Position numbers and translations under genes: made by a program | Source: an uncultured Candidatus Competibacteraceae bacterium | GTDB taxonomy: Bacteria > Bacteroidota > Bacteroidia > CAIKAF01 | Direction: 5' to 3' | Assembly (NCBI GenBank): GCA_964473995.1 | Contig: CAYYRB010000007.1 | Location: 5,605 to 60,449, forward strand | DNA: 54,845 nucleotides | The notes under the pieces: generated by a model | The model's input: the letters and a program-made list of their open reading frames with translations, nothing else | What the model was told of the DNA's origin: nothing | Databases searched by the model: none | Shown here: piece by piece, positions 39,340 to 49,191 of the stretch | Position numbering within the stretch: position 1 is the stretch's first letter | Layout of the letters: each line of letters starts with the position of its first letter

Positions 39340-40551
39340 TTAATGTTTCACCCGATCAAACAGGCGACAGACGGTTTGTTCCGCAGTTTGAGCCGAAAAA
39401 AGGGCGTGGGCCTTTTTTCGCGCGTGTGCAGCCAGTTCCGCTAAATCAGTCAGACCTTCCAATACGGAGCCCACCACTTTTACCCAATCTTTGGGTTTAT
39501 CAGCAAGTAAAAATTCTTTTTTATTCCGGGCCGGGATACCGCGCATAGCGGGTTCCGAAGCAATTACGGGAATGCCTGACACCATCGCTTCGGCAATTTT
39601 CATGCGTATACCGCTGCCGGAAAGAAGCGGAACAGCCATGGCATGAAAACCGGCTGCAAAGTCCATAAAATCGGGAACCGCACCTGAACAAGAAAAACCA
39701 TCCGCCTTCAACTTGATCAAATGCGCCGGCATGTGCCTGCCTGCTGCATGAAATTGGATACGATGGCCAAACTCAGCGCGTAATACCGGAAGAATCTTGG
39801 ATACAAAATAGTCCACCGCTTCCACGTTCGGTGCCCAATCCATGGCTCCCAAATGAAACAGACGAAGCGTATCCGCCAACGGAGGAACGGAAAAACTACG
39901 TTGAAAAAAGGCATCTCCGAAAGAAGGAAAAAGCACCTCAAATGGTTTCCGGAAGCCCATTTCCTGAAAATAGGCGGCATCCCTGTCCGAAATAAAAAAA
40001 ACACCGTCGGTATAGCGAAGCATATCCCATTCTTCGCTTTTTAAGCGTCCCGCAAGAATGGATAACGTTCCCCGCTTGATGGGATTTTTTTCCTGTGCAG
40101 CCAATTCCTCCCATATTTTATGCTCCACATTATGCGAACGATACAGGAGCGGGATATCATACGCCGATTTGATTATTTCGGCATAGGCAAGACCGAAAAG
40201 CCCATCCAAAACGATAATGTCCGGACGATGCTTCTGAATGATGTGCAAAACCTTATTTCGGGTTTCCGAATCGCGTACCCGTTGCATGTGATAACTGCTG
40301 CCATCGGCCATACTTTTGAGCAGGCGGACGGGTTTAATGCGGGTATCCGCTTCCACGGGTTCGAGCATGGTCCTGCTTTTCCAATGAGGAGGAATCAAGA
40401 CTTCCTCTACCCTGTGTTTACTTGTGGAAAAGGGGACCAAAACCGTAAATTCGCATGAGGCCATGACCGCTTCTGCAAGCGAATAGGCGGCCATGGTTCC
40501 CCCATCGGTGGCAGGAATGGGCGACTTATTAAATAGAATAAGACTTTTCAA
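39340..40551 (-). CDS. Family 4 (group 1) glycosyltransferase
   Basis: GT-B motif SGSGIRMKIAEAMVSGIPVIAS. The TTG start overlaps the upstream stop as TTGA. Confidence 0.75.
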   Translation of the reverse strand: MKSLILFNKSPIPATDGGTMAAYSLAEAVMASCEFTVLVPFSTSKHRVEEVLIPPHWKSRTMLEPVEADTRIKPVRLLKSMADGSSYHMQRVRDSETRNKVLHIIQKHRPDIIVLDGLFGLAYAEIIKSAYDIPLLYRSHNVEHKIWEELAAQEKNPIKRGTLSILAGRLKSEEWDMLRYTDGVFFISDRDAAYFQEMGFRKPFEVLFPSFGDAFFQRSFSVPPLADTLRLFHLGAMDWAPNVEAVDYFVSKILPVLRAEFGHRIQFHAAGRHMPAHLIKLKADGFSCSGAVPDFMDFAAGFHAMAVPLLSGSGIRMKIAEAMVSGIPVIASEPAMRGIPARNKKEFLLADKPKDWVKVVGSVLEGLTDLAELAAHARKKAHALFSAQTAEQTVCRLFDRVKH

Positions 40552-42092
40552 GCAGCATTGCGTTTAAAAACCCGGTTTACAATACGAATATACCAATCCC
40601 GGTCAAACAGCTTAGAATCATTGGCCGCTTTTATGGTGAGAAATACGCCGAAAGGGATAAGGATGAGCGTACTCACCCACATTCCCCAAAAGGGGGTAAG
40701 CGTGAGTTGTTTGGCCGCTTTTTCGCCGATTGTGCTGATCACATAATACAGGATGAAAATCACCATGGAGAAAACCAGAGGCAAACCCAGTCCGCCCCTT
40801 CGGATGATGGCTCCGAGCGGAGCTCCTATAAAGAACAAGGCAATACAGGCTACGGATAACGTGAATTTCCTGTGCCATTCGGAGGCGTAACGGGCTATGG
40901 TTTCCCTGCGGCTTCGTATTTCAATCAAAAAATCACCTGCTCTGATTTTTCCATTTTCGGCAATGCTTGCTGTTTCCTGCAAGATACGCAGGGCAGAGAG
41001 CGTATCACGAAGAACAACATGGTTTTTATCGACAATTTCACTATCTGAAAATAATCGGGGAGGAATGAATTCTGAAGACATGGATACGGCCGTAGAACCG
41101 TTGCGGGCACCTCTGATTTTTTCCGGCTCGGGAACCAAAGGATTAAAGTTGTCGGGGAGGGTCTGCATACCCAACGGCCGGGGCGTACTTCTTGCAAAAA
41201 AATAATTTTGTCTTACAGAACGTCCGAAATCCCCCGCCCTATTTTCGTATTGCAGACGAAGTTCATTGATGGCTTTCTGCAACTGGCGTATCGTCATCAT
41301 CTGGTAATGATCCTTGTAGATATCTTCACTGTTACGTGCCAACTTAAAATCACTCAGATCAACAGGGATAATCTGGGCAGAAAAATAATTTTTCACAAAA
41401 GGCAGCTTTGGGTCAGGTTTGCCAAAAAAACCAAGTTCATCGTAGGTTACGCCATCCATAAGACGGAGCACGAGATAGTTCTCATCCGGGGTTACCTCCA
41501 GCATGCCTTTTTGTGCTATCGTCACCCTGGCATTTCCGTTATCAAAGCGGGTATGATCATAAATCATAATGCCGGAAAGTGTTTTTTTATCCGCGCTCAC
41601 GCTTTCTACCCGAATCACCAGATCCTTGATTCCTTCGTAGAACACGCCGGCTTTAATGTCAATGGCAGGGCGCTGTTTCTGGATATCAACCAGAAGCGAG
41701 CGCAATTTCAGATTGGCCACAGGAAGCACGTTATTACTGAAATAAAAGGCAAGAAAGGCCATGATGACGGAAACCACGATAAGCGGACTCAGAATGCGAT
41801 AAAGGGAAATACCGGCTGCCTTGCAGGCCACTAGTTCCAGATTCTCCGCAAGAGAGCCGAAAGTCATGATGGCAGATAACAGAATGGCCAGGGGTAATGC
41901 CATAGGAACTATACTGGCCGACAGATATAGAATAAATTCCAAAATGACGGGAATTTCAAGACCCTTCCCGGCAAGGTCGTCAATATATTTCCATATGAAC
42001 TGCATGATTAGCACAAACTCCGCGATGAAGAACGTAAGGATGAAAGGACCCAGATAATTCCTCAGAACCAACAGATGGAGTTTTTTGAGCAT
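40548..42092 (-). CDS. LptF/LptG-family (YjgP/YjgQ) permease
   Basis: N-terminus LRNYLGPFILTFFIAEFVLIMQF, three N-terminal and three C-terminal TM segments, and a large central loop. Confidence 0.8.
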   Translation of the reverse strand: MLKKLHLLVLRNYLGPFILTFFIAEFVLIMQFIWKYIDDLAGKGLEIPVILEFILYLSASIVPMALPLAILLSAIMTFGSLAENLELVACKAAGISLYRILSPLIVVSVIMAFLAFYFSNNVLPVANLKLRSLLVDIQKQRPAIDIKAGVFYEGIKDLVIRVESVSADKKTLSGIMIYDHTRFDNGNARVTIAQKGMLEVTPDENYLVLRLMDGVTYDELGFFGKPDPKLPFVKNYFSAQIIPVDLSDFKLARNSEDIYKDHYQMMTIRQLQKAINELRLQYENRAGDFGRSVRQNYFFARSTPRPLGMQTLPDNFNPLVPEPEKIRGARNGSTAVSMSSEFIPPRLFSDSEIVDKNHVVLRDTLSALRILQETASIAENGKIRAGDFLIEIRSRRETIARYASEWHRKFTLSVACIALFFIGAPLGAIIRRGGLGLPLVFSMVIFILYYVISTIGEKAAKQLTLTPFWGMWVSTLILIPFGVFLTIKAANDSKLFDRDWYIRIVNRVFKRNAA

Positions 42093-42220
42093 AATGCAAA
42101 GGTACTTGAATCGCCGGGAAATAGCCTACACTTTTTATCTCACAGCAGAAACGACAAATAAATAACCACTCTACGCACCTTAGGAATGCGGATTGGTGAA
42201 CTAAAATACATAATGAACAC

Positions 42221-42613
42221 TTAGCCCGGTCGATGCCTGAGTATTTTTACACCCAGAACAATCCAACCGGTCATAAACAGCAAACCGCCCACGGGAGTAA
42301 CCGGGCCCAAAAAGGAAGGATTCCATCCTATGATTTCACGTGTGGAAAGCAGATAAAGCGAGCCGGAAAAAAAGAGAATGCCAAGAAAAAACAACCAAAA
42401 CACCGGTCGGAAAGAAATGCCGGAATAGAAGGCAGATAAGATACCAACGGCTACCAATGCCAAGGCATGCACGGTATGATAAAAAACTCCCGTTTGATAC
42501 GATTCAAACAGACGGTCAGCAATTTGACCTTTCAGCGAATGTGCACCCAAAGCACCGGCCATTACAGCTATTGCAGCCAGAAAAGACCCTGTGGCTATCC
42601 ATTTCTTTCCCAT
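42221..42613 (-). CDS. DUF423-family small membrane protein
   Basis: ATG 42613 gives MGKKWIATGSFLAAIAVMAGALGAH. There are four TM segments. Confidence 0.7.
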   Translation of the reverse strand: MGKKWIATGSFLAAIAVMAGALGAHSLKGQIADRLFESYQTGVFYHTVHALALVAVGILSAFYSGISFRPVFWLFFLGILFFSGSLYLLSTREIIGWNPSFLGPVTPVGGLLFMTGWIVLGVKILRHRPG

Positions 42614-42626
42614 AGATTCTTTTAGA

Positions 42627-42634
42627 CAAAGGTA
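42627..42634 (-). promoter_or_regulatory. Candidate -7 box (TACCTTTG) for the DUF423 gene
   Basis: Exact TAnnTTTG match with 13 nt between the box and ATG 42613. Confidence 0.3.
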
Positions 42635-42716
42635 ACAAGGTCGTTCATTTTCCCTTATCCTTACCCGGAGACATGCGAAAAATCTGTTCCTTTGCAAGGC
42701 CAACAGGGCTTAATTC

Positions 42717-44054
42717 ATGAAAAAAATCCTGCTTATCGGTGCCGGGCGATCTGCCACTTGTTTGATCGATTATTTGCTGGAAAAGGCACCACTTTACGAT
42801 TGGTATGTTACCATCGGCGAACTTAATCCTGAAACCGCCAAAAGTAAAACAGGGGCATCAGACCGGGCTTCCGTCATTCTCTTCGACTCACGCAACGAGG
42901 AGTTGCGATCTCGGCTGGTTTCCGGGCACGACCTGATTATTTCGATGTTGCCTCCCGCCCTTCATGTAGATGTGGCAAAAGAGTGCATACGATTCCGCAG
43001 GCATATGATTACAGCCTCTTACGTTTCAGATGAAATGAAAGCGCTGGACGAAGAGGCCAAAAAAGCCGGAGTAACCCTGTTAAACGAAATGGGAGTAGAC
43101 CCCGGCATTGATCATATGAGCGCCGTAAAAGTACTGGACGAGCTTCGTGCGGAAGGTGCTGATGTTTTCCATTTTGAAACCTTTACGGGAGGTCTCCCCG
43201 CTCCCGAATCGGACGATAATCCATGGCACTACAAATTCTTTTGGAATCCGATGAACGTTGTACTCGCCGGCCAGGGGGGAGCAAGTAAATTTCTGCACGA
43301 AGGCCGTTTTAAATACATTCCCTACCAGCGCGTTTTTCGCAGAACCGAGCGGGTATTCATTCCGGGTCATGGGGAATTTGAAGGATATGCCAACCGCGAC
43401 TCCCTTAAGTATAGGGAAGTCTACGGGCTTCAACAGGCTAAAACCATATACAGGGGCACATTCCGCAGACCGGGTTTTTCTCGTGCCTGGAACATTTTGG
43501 TTCAATTGGGCGCTACGGATAACACCTACGTAATGGAAAATTCAGAGCAGATGAGCAACCGTGACTTCATCAACTCATTTCTGTACTACCATCCGACAGA
43601 TTCCGTGGAAACCAAAGTGGCCCAGCAATTTCATCTGGATTTAGATTCAGACGAAATGATGAAGCTGGAATGGGCAGGCCTTTTCCTGAACGATGAAAAA
43701 CCCGCACTTGAAAATGCAACCCCCGCCCAGATGCTGCTCAAGATTTTGGAAAAAAGATGGACTCCCGGCCCAAAGGACAAGGACATGATTGTGATGTGGC
43801 ACCGGTTTGATTACCACCTAAATGGACAATCACATCAAAGGCAGTCTTATCTAGTTGTTTCAGGCGAAGATCCCGTGCATACGGCTATGGCCAAGACCGT
43901 GGGGCTTCCTACAGCCATCGGTGCAAAATTGCTTTTGGAAAATCACCCCGGTTGTTTCGGTGTTTTGATTCCGGTAATTCCTGAAATTTACACTCCTGTT
44001 TTACGGGAATTGGAAGACTTCGGCATTAAAAATGAAGAAAAGCAGATGAGATAG
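42717..44054 (+). CDS. Saccharopine dehydrogenase-family oxidoreductase
   Basis: Rossmann N-terminus KILLIGAGRSA. GVDPGIDHM and the length are typical of the saccharopine dehydrogenase family. Confidence 0.8.
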   Translation: MKKILLIGAGRSATCLIDYLLEKAPLYDWYVTIGELNPETAKSKTGASDRASVILFDSRNEELRSRLVSGHDLIISMLPPALHVDVAKECIRFRRHMITASYVSDEMKALDEEAKKAGVTLLNEMGVDPGIDHMSAVKVLDELRAEGADVFHFETFTGGLPAPESDDNPWHYKFFWNPMNVVLAGQGGASKFLHEGRFKYIPYQRVFRRTERVFIPGHGEFEGYANRDSLKYREVYGLQQAKTIYRGTFRRPGFSRAWNILVQLGATDNTYVMENSEQMSNRDFINSFLYYHPTDSVETKVAQQFHLDLDSDEMMKLEWAGLFLNDEKPALENATPAQMLLKILEKRWTPGPKDKDMIVMWHRFDYHLNGQSHQRQSYLVVSGEDPVHTAMAKTVGLPTAIGAKLLLENHPGCFGVLIPVIPEIYTPVLRELEDFGIKNEEKQMR

Positions 44055-44059
44055 ATATC

Positions 44060-44875
44060 CTATTTGCAGGCAGGATTTATGCCGGCGACATAGCGGTCTT
44101 TCACCTTCATTTGCGAAGTAACGCCACATCCGGCAAACCCGGAGATATCGGACTCGGAAACCTGCGACAGGTAATTTCGAAGCAAAACCGAAGCCACCGG
44201 CATATAACTCCAATGCCACTTTTCTTCCTCATATCCAAAGGGGCGGTCTTTTCCCTTCGGTGAATACACCTGGCAAAAACCAAATTCGGAAGCGCGGCGG
44301 ATAAGCCAGTCATACTCGGCCTTTCCTTTGCCGGAAAGAAAATAATCGTCTTCCAAGCTGTTTATGTCTATATCGGTACCCCAATGATGGCGCGAAGTAC
44401 CGGGCATGGAACTGTAAAGTAAAATTAATCGGGCTCTTTCCACAGAGTCCTTGACTTCCTCTGCCAGATTTTTCCCTTCCACCTTGCGCTCCCCATTCCA
44501 TTTTGCTTCCCAAATCGTTTTTTGACGGTCAAAATTCCGGGCTCCTGAAACAATGGTCAGGCTGATTCCCTCCTTCAGTGCTTCGGCCCGCATCTTAAGA
44601 AAAGCTTCGTACACATCACCGCGAAGGTATTCATTGGTTTTAGTGGTGTGTTCGGGAGCGATGACCTTGAAATCTGGGTAATCGGAGTAGCGGATTTTCC
44701 CCGTAAGGTAGGCATTATCGGCAAAAAGTTGAGACAAATCCCTCACGGGAAGTGAGTCTTTTGGAGTTTCAATATGCCCATTCTCTTGCGGCAAGCCCGA
44801 TGATAAAGAAACCTCCCTGCACTTAACGGATAAAAACACAAGCGCGGATATCAGTGCAATTTCAATGGCATTCAT
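44060..44875 (-). CDS. M15-family D-alanyl-D-alanine carboxypeptidase-like peptidase
   Basis: Zinc-site context SRHHWGTDIDIN. ATG 44875 gives a TM/signal segment MNAIEIALISALVFLSV. Confidence 0.75.
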   Translation of the reverse strand: MNAIEIALISALVFLSVKCREVSLSSGLPQENGHIETPKDSLPVRDLSQLFADNAYLTGKIRYSDYPDFKVIAPEHTTKTNEYLRGDVYEAFLKMRAEALKEGISLTIVSGARNFDRQKTIWEAKWNGERKVEGKNLAEEVKDSVERARLILLYSSMPGTSRHHWGTDIDINSLEDDYFLSGKGKAEYDWLIRRASEFGFCQVYSPKGKDRPFGYEEEKWHWSYMPVASVLLRNYLSQVSESDISGFAGCGVTSQMKVKDRYVAGINPACK

Positions 44876-44928
44876 TCGTTTAAACCTCTCAATTGGCGTA
44901 TTTTCGCGCCCTAAAGTACGAATAAAGC

Positions 44929-46470
44929 ATGGTTTTTCGGATACGTTTTGTTTCTCGCGCGGTTTTATCGAGCCTACTGCTGCTTTTTCTTTCCTGCGGA
45001 AATTCAACCGATTCGGATACTGAAGGAGAGGGTACCGTGTATGATTCACTTCCGCCTTTTGAAAAAGACACTTGCATCTATCCCAAAAGTATCCGCTCCT
45101 CTTCGTTCATGTTTCCCGAAAATGTATTCGGTGATGTAAATGTGGTGGATGATGACTATTCTACCGTTTGGAAAACATTGCCTGGATTAATCACGGGCGA
45201 ATACGTAGAGTTTGATTTTGACTCCATCTATCTGGAATCGGTTTACGTGCACATCACGAAAGACCTTCGATTCGGAAAGGTGAAAAATCTTCGTGTATTC
45301 GCAGACAATAACCTCTTAGGCACCTTTCCCACGGAAACCAGGCTTCCGATAAACCGAAAAGTAAACACCCTACGGGTAGAACTGGGCGAAACAGATGGAA
45401 TAAACAAGGTTGATTTTCCAATCATTCAAGACAGTTCCCGAAACCTGCTGCTCATCCATGAATCCTTCGAATCGGTATACACTTCAAAATCCGTGGCAGT
45501 TTCCGAAATTGAATTTTTTGGAGCGGGCGGAAAAAAATATCCGATCCGGTCCATACCGGAAAAAAAAGCAAAAATGAATTTTTACGGGGTAATTCCACCC
45601 TCCGAATTACACAATCAGCGACTCCTTTTTGACGGTAAACCCCAATTCGGATGGATCGGCCCCGGAGAGGCCAAGGAAAAAATCCTTCTATTCTCCTTCG
45701 AAGAAGAGCAAATCATCAACGGTATCTATTTTCCGTACACGCAAGATTTAAATATACGACGCATCGGATTCAGGCTGAGGAAAAGGCCGCTGCCGGAATA
45801 TGAGGTGAAGCCCAAAGGCGATCAAGGTCTGTTCATTCAATTAAAAAATACGCTGAAGGGCAAAAACTTTGAGCTGATTATTCTCAAGACGAATCCGGGG
45901 GCGAATCCTTTTATTCCTGAACTCCTTTTCCACGATGGTTCCCGTTATTTCGGCATATTTTCAGACTCTTTGGAGTTTTACAGAAACCTTCGGGTGGATT
46001 CGGCCAGGGGAACTCCTTTAGAAAACCACCTCGACGGACGTGTAAGCTATTCACGCACCTGGGAAATATTCCCGAAACCGTTGGAGGAGATTTTCAGAAA
46101 AAAGGGAGTTAAAAAAGACACTGTTAACCATATAACGGAAGAAAGAAACGTGGTATTCCGTATTTCATCCAACGCCACCTTCCTTGTCGAAGAAACAATA
46201 CGGGAAACCAAAACAGACCAGCGGGGAGTAAAACAAATCACGATAACGGAACGGACAGCCGAAGGTTATTGGATTTACAAAACGAAGTCGGCTGAACAGG
46301 TGCAAATTGCCTGCCATGCCGATCTGCTTATCAAACGAAAAATAATAACGGCAACGGGAGAAAAAACGGCAGAAGAAAAAGTGCGTGAAAAAACGGTATT
46401 TGAATGCACGATAACAAGTGCATACTTATCTTTCTCTGACCTGTTTGACGGATTTCCGACCACCTATTGA
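44929..46470 (+). CDS. Hypothetical lipoprotein (513 aa), possibly with two discoidin/F5-8-type-C-like N-terminal modules
   Basis: Lipobox LLLFLSCGN. Segments VVDDDYSTVWKT...GEYVEFDF and LLFDGKPQFGWIGPG look discoidin-like, but this is a weak assignment by eye. I do not recognise the C-terminal half. Confidence 0.6.
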   Translation: MVFRIRFVSRAVLSSLLLLFLSCGNSTDSDTEGEGTVYDSLPPFEKDTCIYPKSIRSSSFMFPENVFGDVNVVDDDYSTVWKTLPGLITGEYVEFDFDSIYLESVYVHITKDLRFGKVKNLRVFADNNLLGTFPTETRLPINRKVNTLRVELGETDGINKVDFPIIQDSSRNLLLIHESFESVYTSKSVAVSEIEFFGAGGKKYPIRSIPEKKAKMNFYGVIPPSELHNQRLLFDGKPQFGWIGPGEAKEKILLFSFEEEQIINGIYFPYTQDLNIRRIGFRLRKRPLPEYEVKPKGDQGLFIQLKNTLKGKNFELIILKTNPGANPFIPELLFHDGSRYFGIFSDSLEFYRNLRVDSARGTPLENHLDGRVSYSRTWEIFPKPLEEIFRKKGVKKDTVNHITEERNVVFRISSNATFLVEETIRETKTDQRGVKQITITERTAEGYWIYKTKSAEQVQIACHADLLIKRKIITATGEKTAEEKVREKTVFECTITSAYLSFSDLFDGFPTTY

Positions 46471-46505
46471 ACCACAGTTACAGGACAACAATAGGCAGAG
46501 AATAT

Positions 46506-47033
46506 TCAGGAGACAACCGAACACAAAAAAGAACCTATCCAGGTTTGAGCGGCCGGCTTTAAACGGGTCTGTTTAAATTCACCCAGAGTAGTTACCAGAT
46601 TGTCAAAAACAAGCGTTTCAGGGGTGATTTTTTCATTTATTTTGAGCTCTACCAGATCGCCGCTTTTGCAAAGTCTGATCTCGTCATTCTGCAGATAAGC
46701 GATACACATTCTGTTTGTAAAGCTCACCCCAAATTCATCCTGTTTTTGCAACATGAAACGCATAAATGCATCGATGGAACATCCCGTAGCTCCGTCACGG
46801 CTTTCATCCACCGCCATGACGGCGAACAAATTGCAGATTACGGCAAACCGGGCGCCCAACTCCTTTCCATGGGCCTTCCATGCCGCAGCAAATGCACTTC
46901 CTTCACGCTGAAGGAGTTCCGCATCCGCATCAGTCAAAAAAGAATCCGCCTGAAAAACCCAAACACGGGCATGATCAGGAAGGGTTATTTGCTCAATTCC
47001 CCTGTTGTAAAACGGTGTCTCGGTAATGATCAT
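46506..47033 (-). CDS. Conserved-looking hypothetical protein (175 aa), translationally coupled to the CCG-domain gene
   Basis: ATG 47033 overlaps the upstream TGA as ATGA. No motif recognised. Confidence 0.6.
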   Translation of the reverse strand: MIITETPFYNRGIEQITLPDHARVWVFQADSFLTDADAELLQREGSAFAAAWKAHGKELGARFAVICNLFAVMAVDESRDGATGCSIDAFMRFMLQKQDEFGVSFTNRMCIAYLQNDEIRLCKSGDLVELKINEKITPETLVFDNLVTTLGEFKQTRLKPAAQTWIGSFLCSVVS

Positions 47034-47821
47034 AAATCAGCGGATTGGGCGATTAACTCCGCCACATCCATTACGGTAACTTTTTCTTCCTTTTCAAAAT
47101 GCTTTACCCCATCAGCCATCATGGTCTTGCAGAAGGGGCACCCCACGGCAATGACATCGGGATTTTCAGCCAGTGCTTCTTCTGATCTGGCAACGTTCAC
47201 TTCACGCTCGCCCGGTTCCGCTTCCTTGAACATTTGAGCACCTCCGGCACCGCAGCAAAATCCGCGTTCGCGGTTTCGGGGCATTTCCGCGAGTGCCGCA
47301 TCTAATTTTTCCAAGATTTCTCTGGGCGGCTCATATACACCGTTAGCCCTACCCAGATAACAGGGATCGTGATAGGTTATCCGTTTACCTTGGAATGTAC
47401 CACCGGAGAGTGTTATTTTCCCTTCATTCAGCAACGACTGAAGCAGTTCCGTGTGATGGAGCACTTCGTAATGCCCGCCAAGTTCGGGATATTCGTTTTT
47501 CAACGTATTGAAGCAATGTGGACATGAGGCGACGATTTTTTTAACCTCATAGGCATTCATCACCTGTATGTTCTGCATGGCCTGCATCTGAAAGAGAAAC
47601 TCATTCCCGGCCCGTTTTGCCGGATCTCCCGTGCAGCCTTCCTCCGTGCCCAAAACGGCGAATTTAACACCTGCCTTGTTCAGAATTTTCACAAAGGCTT
47701 TGGTTACGCGCTTGGCTTTATCATCAAAACTTCCCGCGCAGCCCACCCAAAACAAAATATCCGGAGACTCACCCGATGCGGCCATTTCGGCCATGGTAGG
47801 TACTTTAAGGTATTCGCTCAT
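47030..47821 (-). CDS. Cysteine-rich (CCG) domain Fe-S protein (HdrD/GlpC/LutA C-terminal type)
   Basis: Two CCG-type repeats: VGCAGSFD...EGCTGDP...SCPHC and DPCYLGR...FCCGAGG...GCPFC. Confidence 0.8.
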   Translation of the reverse strand: MSEYLKVPTMAEMAASGESPDILFWVGCAGSFDDKAKRVTKAFVKILNKAGVKFAVLGTEEGCTGDPAKRAGNEFLFQMQAMQNIQVMNAYEVKKIVASCPHCFNTLKNEYPELGGHYEVLHHTELLQSLLNEGKITLSGGTFQGKRITYHDPCYLGRANGVYEPPREILEKLDAALAEMPRNRERGFCCGAGGAQMFKEAEPGEREVNVARSEEALAENPDVIAVGCPFCKTMMADGVKHFEKEEKVTVMDVAELIAQSADL

Positions 47822-47843
47822 ATTCCGATTGTTCCTTTATTGA

Positions 47844-49163
47844 TTATTCTTCGGTTGCCCAATTTAATCTGTCAGCAGGAGAAAACTGCCAGGGGGCGCT
47901 GTTATTCTCCACGTTGGTAAACATCACGTTCAGTGATCCCGGAGCAGCAGATTCCTCCATAACAAGGCTTCTGCGCAAGTCTACGATGATGGAAAGCGGA
48001 TCAATGTTAACCGGACATGCCTGTACACAGGCGTTGCAAGTTGTACAGGCCCATAGTTCTTCGGGCGTGATATAATCATGCAACAAATTTTTTCCGTCCT
48101 TAAAATCGCTTCCGTTTGCGTCAATCCCCTTACCGATTTCTTCAATGCGGTCGCGCGTTTTCATCATGATGGCACGCGGAGAAAGTAATTTGCCCGTCTG
48201 ATTTGCCGGACATTCCGAAGTACATCGACCACATTCCGTACAAGAATAGGCATCCATCAACTGTTTCCAGGATAAATCCGTCGCATCTTTGGCACCGAAA
48301 CTGACAGGTTCGGCATCTGCTGGCGCCGCCGCATAGGGATCCGCGGTGGGGTCTAACATAAGTTTTACTTCGCGGGTAACGCTATCCAGGTTGCTGAATT
48401 TTCCCTTGGGGGTCAGATTGCTGAAATACACGTTGGGGAATGCCAGGAAAATATGAAAATGCTTACTGAACGGAAGATAGGCCATGAACCCAACGATGCC
48501 GATCAGGTGGCCCCACCAACCTATTCTTTCCACTATTTTCAGAGTATCAAATGAAACCCCGTCGAATAACGGAGCCAAAGCCCCCGACAATACAAACGAT
48601 TCGGTTCCTGAAGTTTTCAAAGCGACATCCGCGGTATTCATCAGGAAAATATTCATCACAAGAAATATTTCCCCGAAGAGGATGATGTTGGCATCCCGGG
48701 AAGGCCAGCCCTGCATTTCAGGCTTTTGGAAGCGGGCCAGTCGGATGATATTACGCCGATATAGAAAGATAACGGTGGCAACAAGGGCCAGCAAAGAAAG
48801 AAACTCGATACTGTTTATTACTAAACTATACAAAGGTGCAAATGCGCTATTCTCTATTACATGCCAAACCGCCCGGTGGCTGCCCGTAAAACCGTCAATT
48901 ATAACTTCCAGCAGTTCTATCTGCGTAACCAAAAAGGCCAGGTATATGAATACGTGCAAAATACCCGCGATGGGCCGCACCACCATTTTGGATTGTCCCA
49001 ATGCGACCAATCCCATAATTTTTAGCCGCTCCGACACATTTCCGGAACGGTCTTCTTTACGACCCAGGTGTATGTTTCTGTATATTTTGGACACCTTGAA
49101 CCCGAAGAATCCGAGGCCTCCCAGAAAAATCGCGGCGAATGCCAGCACAGAAAGTATCTCCAT
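47844..49163 (-). CDS. Membrane-anchored 2x[4Fe-4S] protein (multi-TM N-terminal domain fused to a ferredoxin-type dicluster domain)
   Basis: About 5-6 TM segments with His-containing motifs (SKHFHIFLAF), followed by CTECGRCTSECP and CTTCNACVQACP. I prefer ATG 49163 over the track's TTG at 49190. Confidence 0.8.
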   Translation of the reverse strand: MEILSVLAFAAIFLGGLGFFGFKVSKIYRNIHLGRKEDRSGNVSERLKIMGLVALGQSKMVVRPIAGILHVFIYLAFLVTQIELLEVIIDGFTGSHRAVWHVIENSAFAPLYSLVINSIEFLSLLALVATVIFLYRRNIIRLARFQKPEMQGWPSRDANIILFGEIFLVMNIFLMNTADVALKTSGTESFVLSGALAPLFDGVSFDTLKIVERIGWWGHLIGIVGFMAYLPFSKHFHIFLAFPNVYFSNLTPKGKFSNLDSVTREVKLMLDPTADPYAAAPADAEPVSFGAKDATDLSWKQLMDAYSCTECGRCTSECPANQTGKLLSPRAIMMKTRDRIEEIGKGIDANGSDFKDGKNLLHDYITPEELWACTTCNACVQACPVNIDPLSIIVDLRRSLVMEESAAPGSLNVMFTNVENNSAPWQFSPADRLNWATEE

Positions 49164-49191
49164 TGTATTCAAACTCGTTAAATAAAACAAC

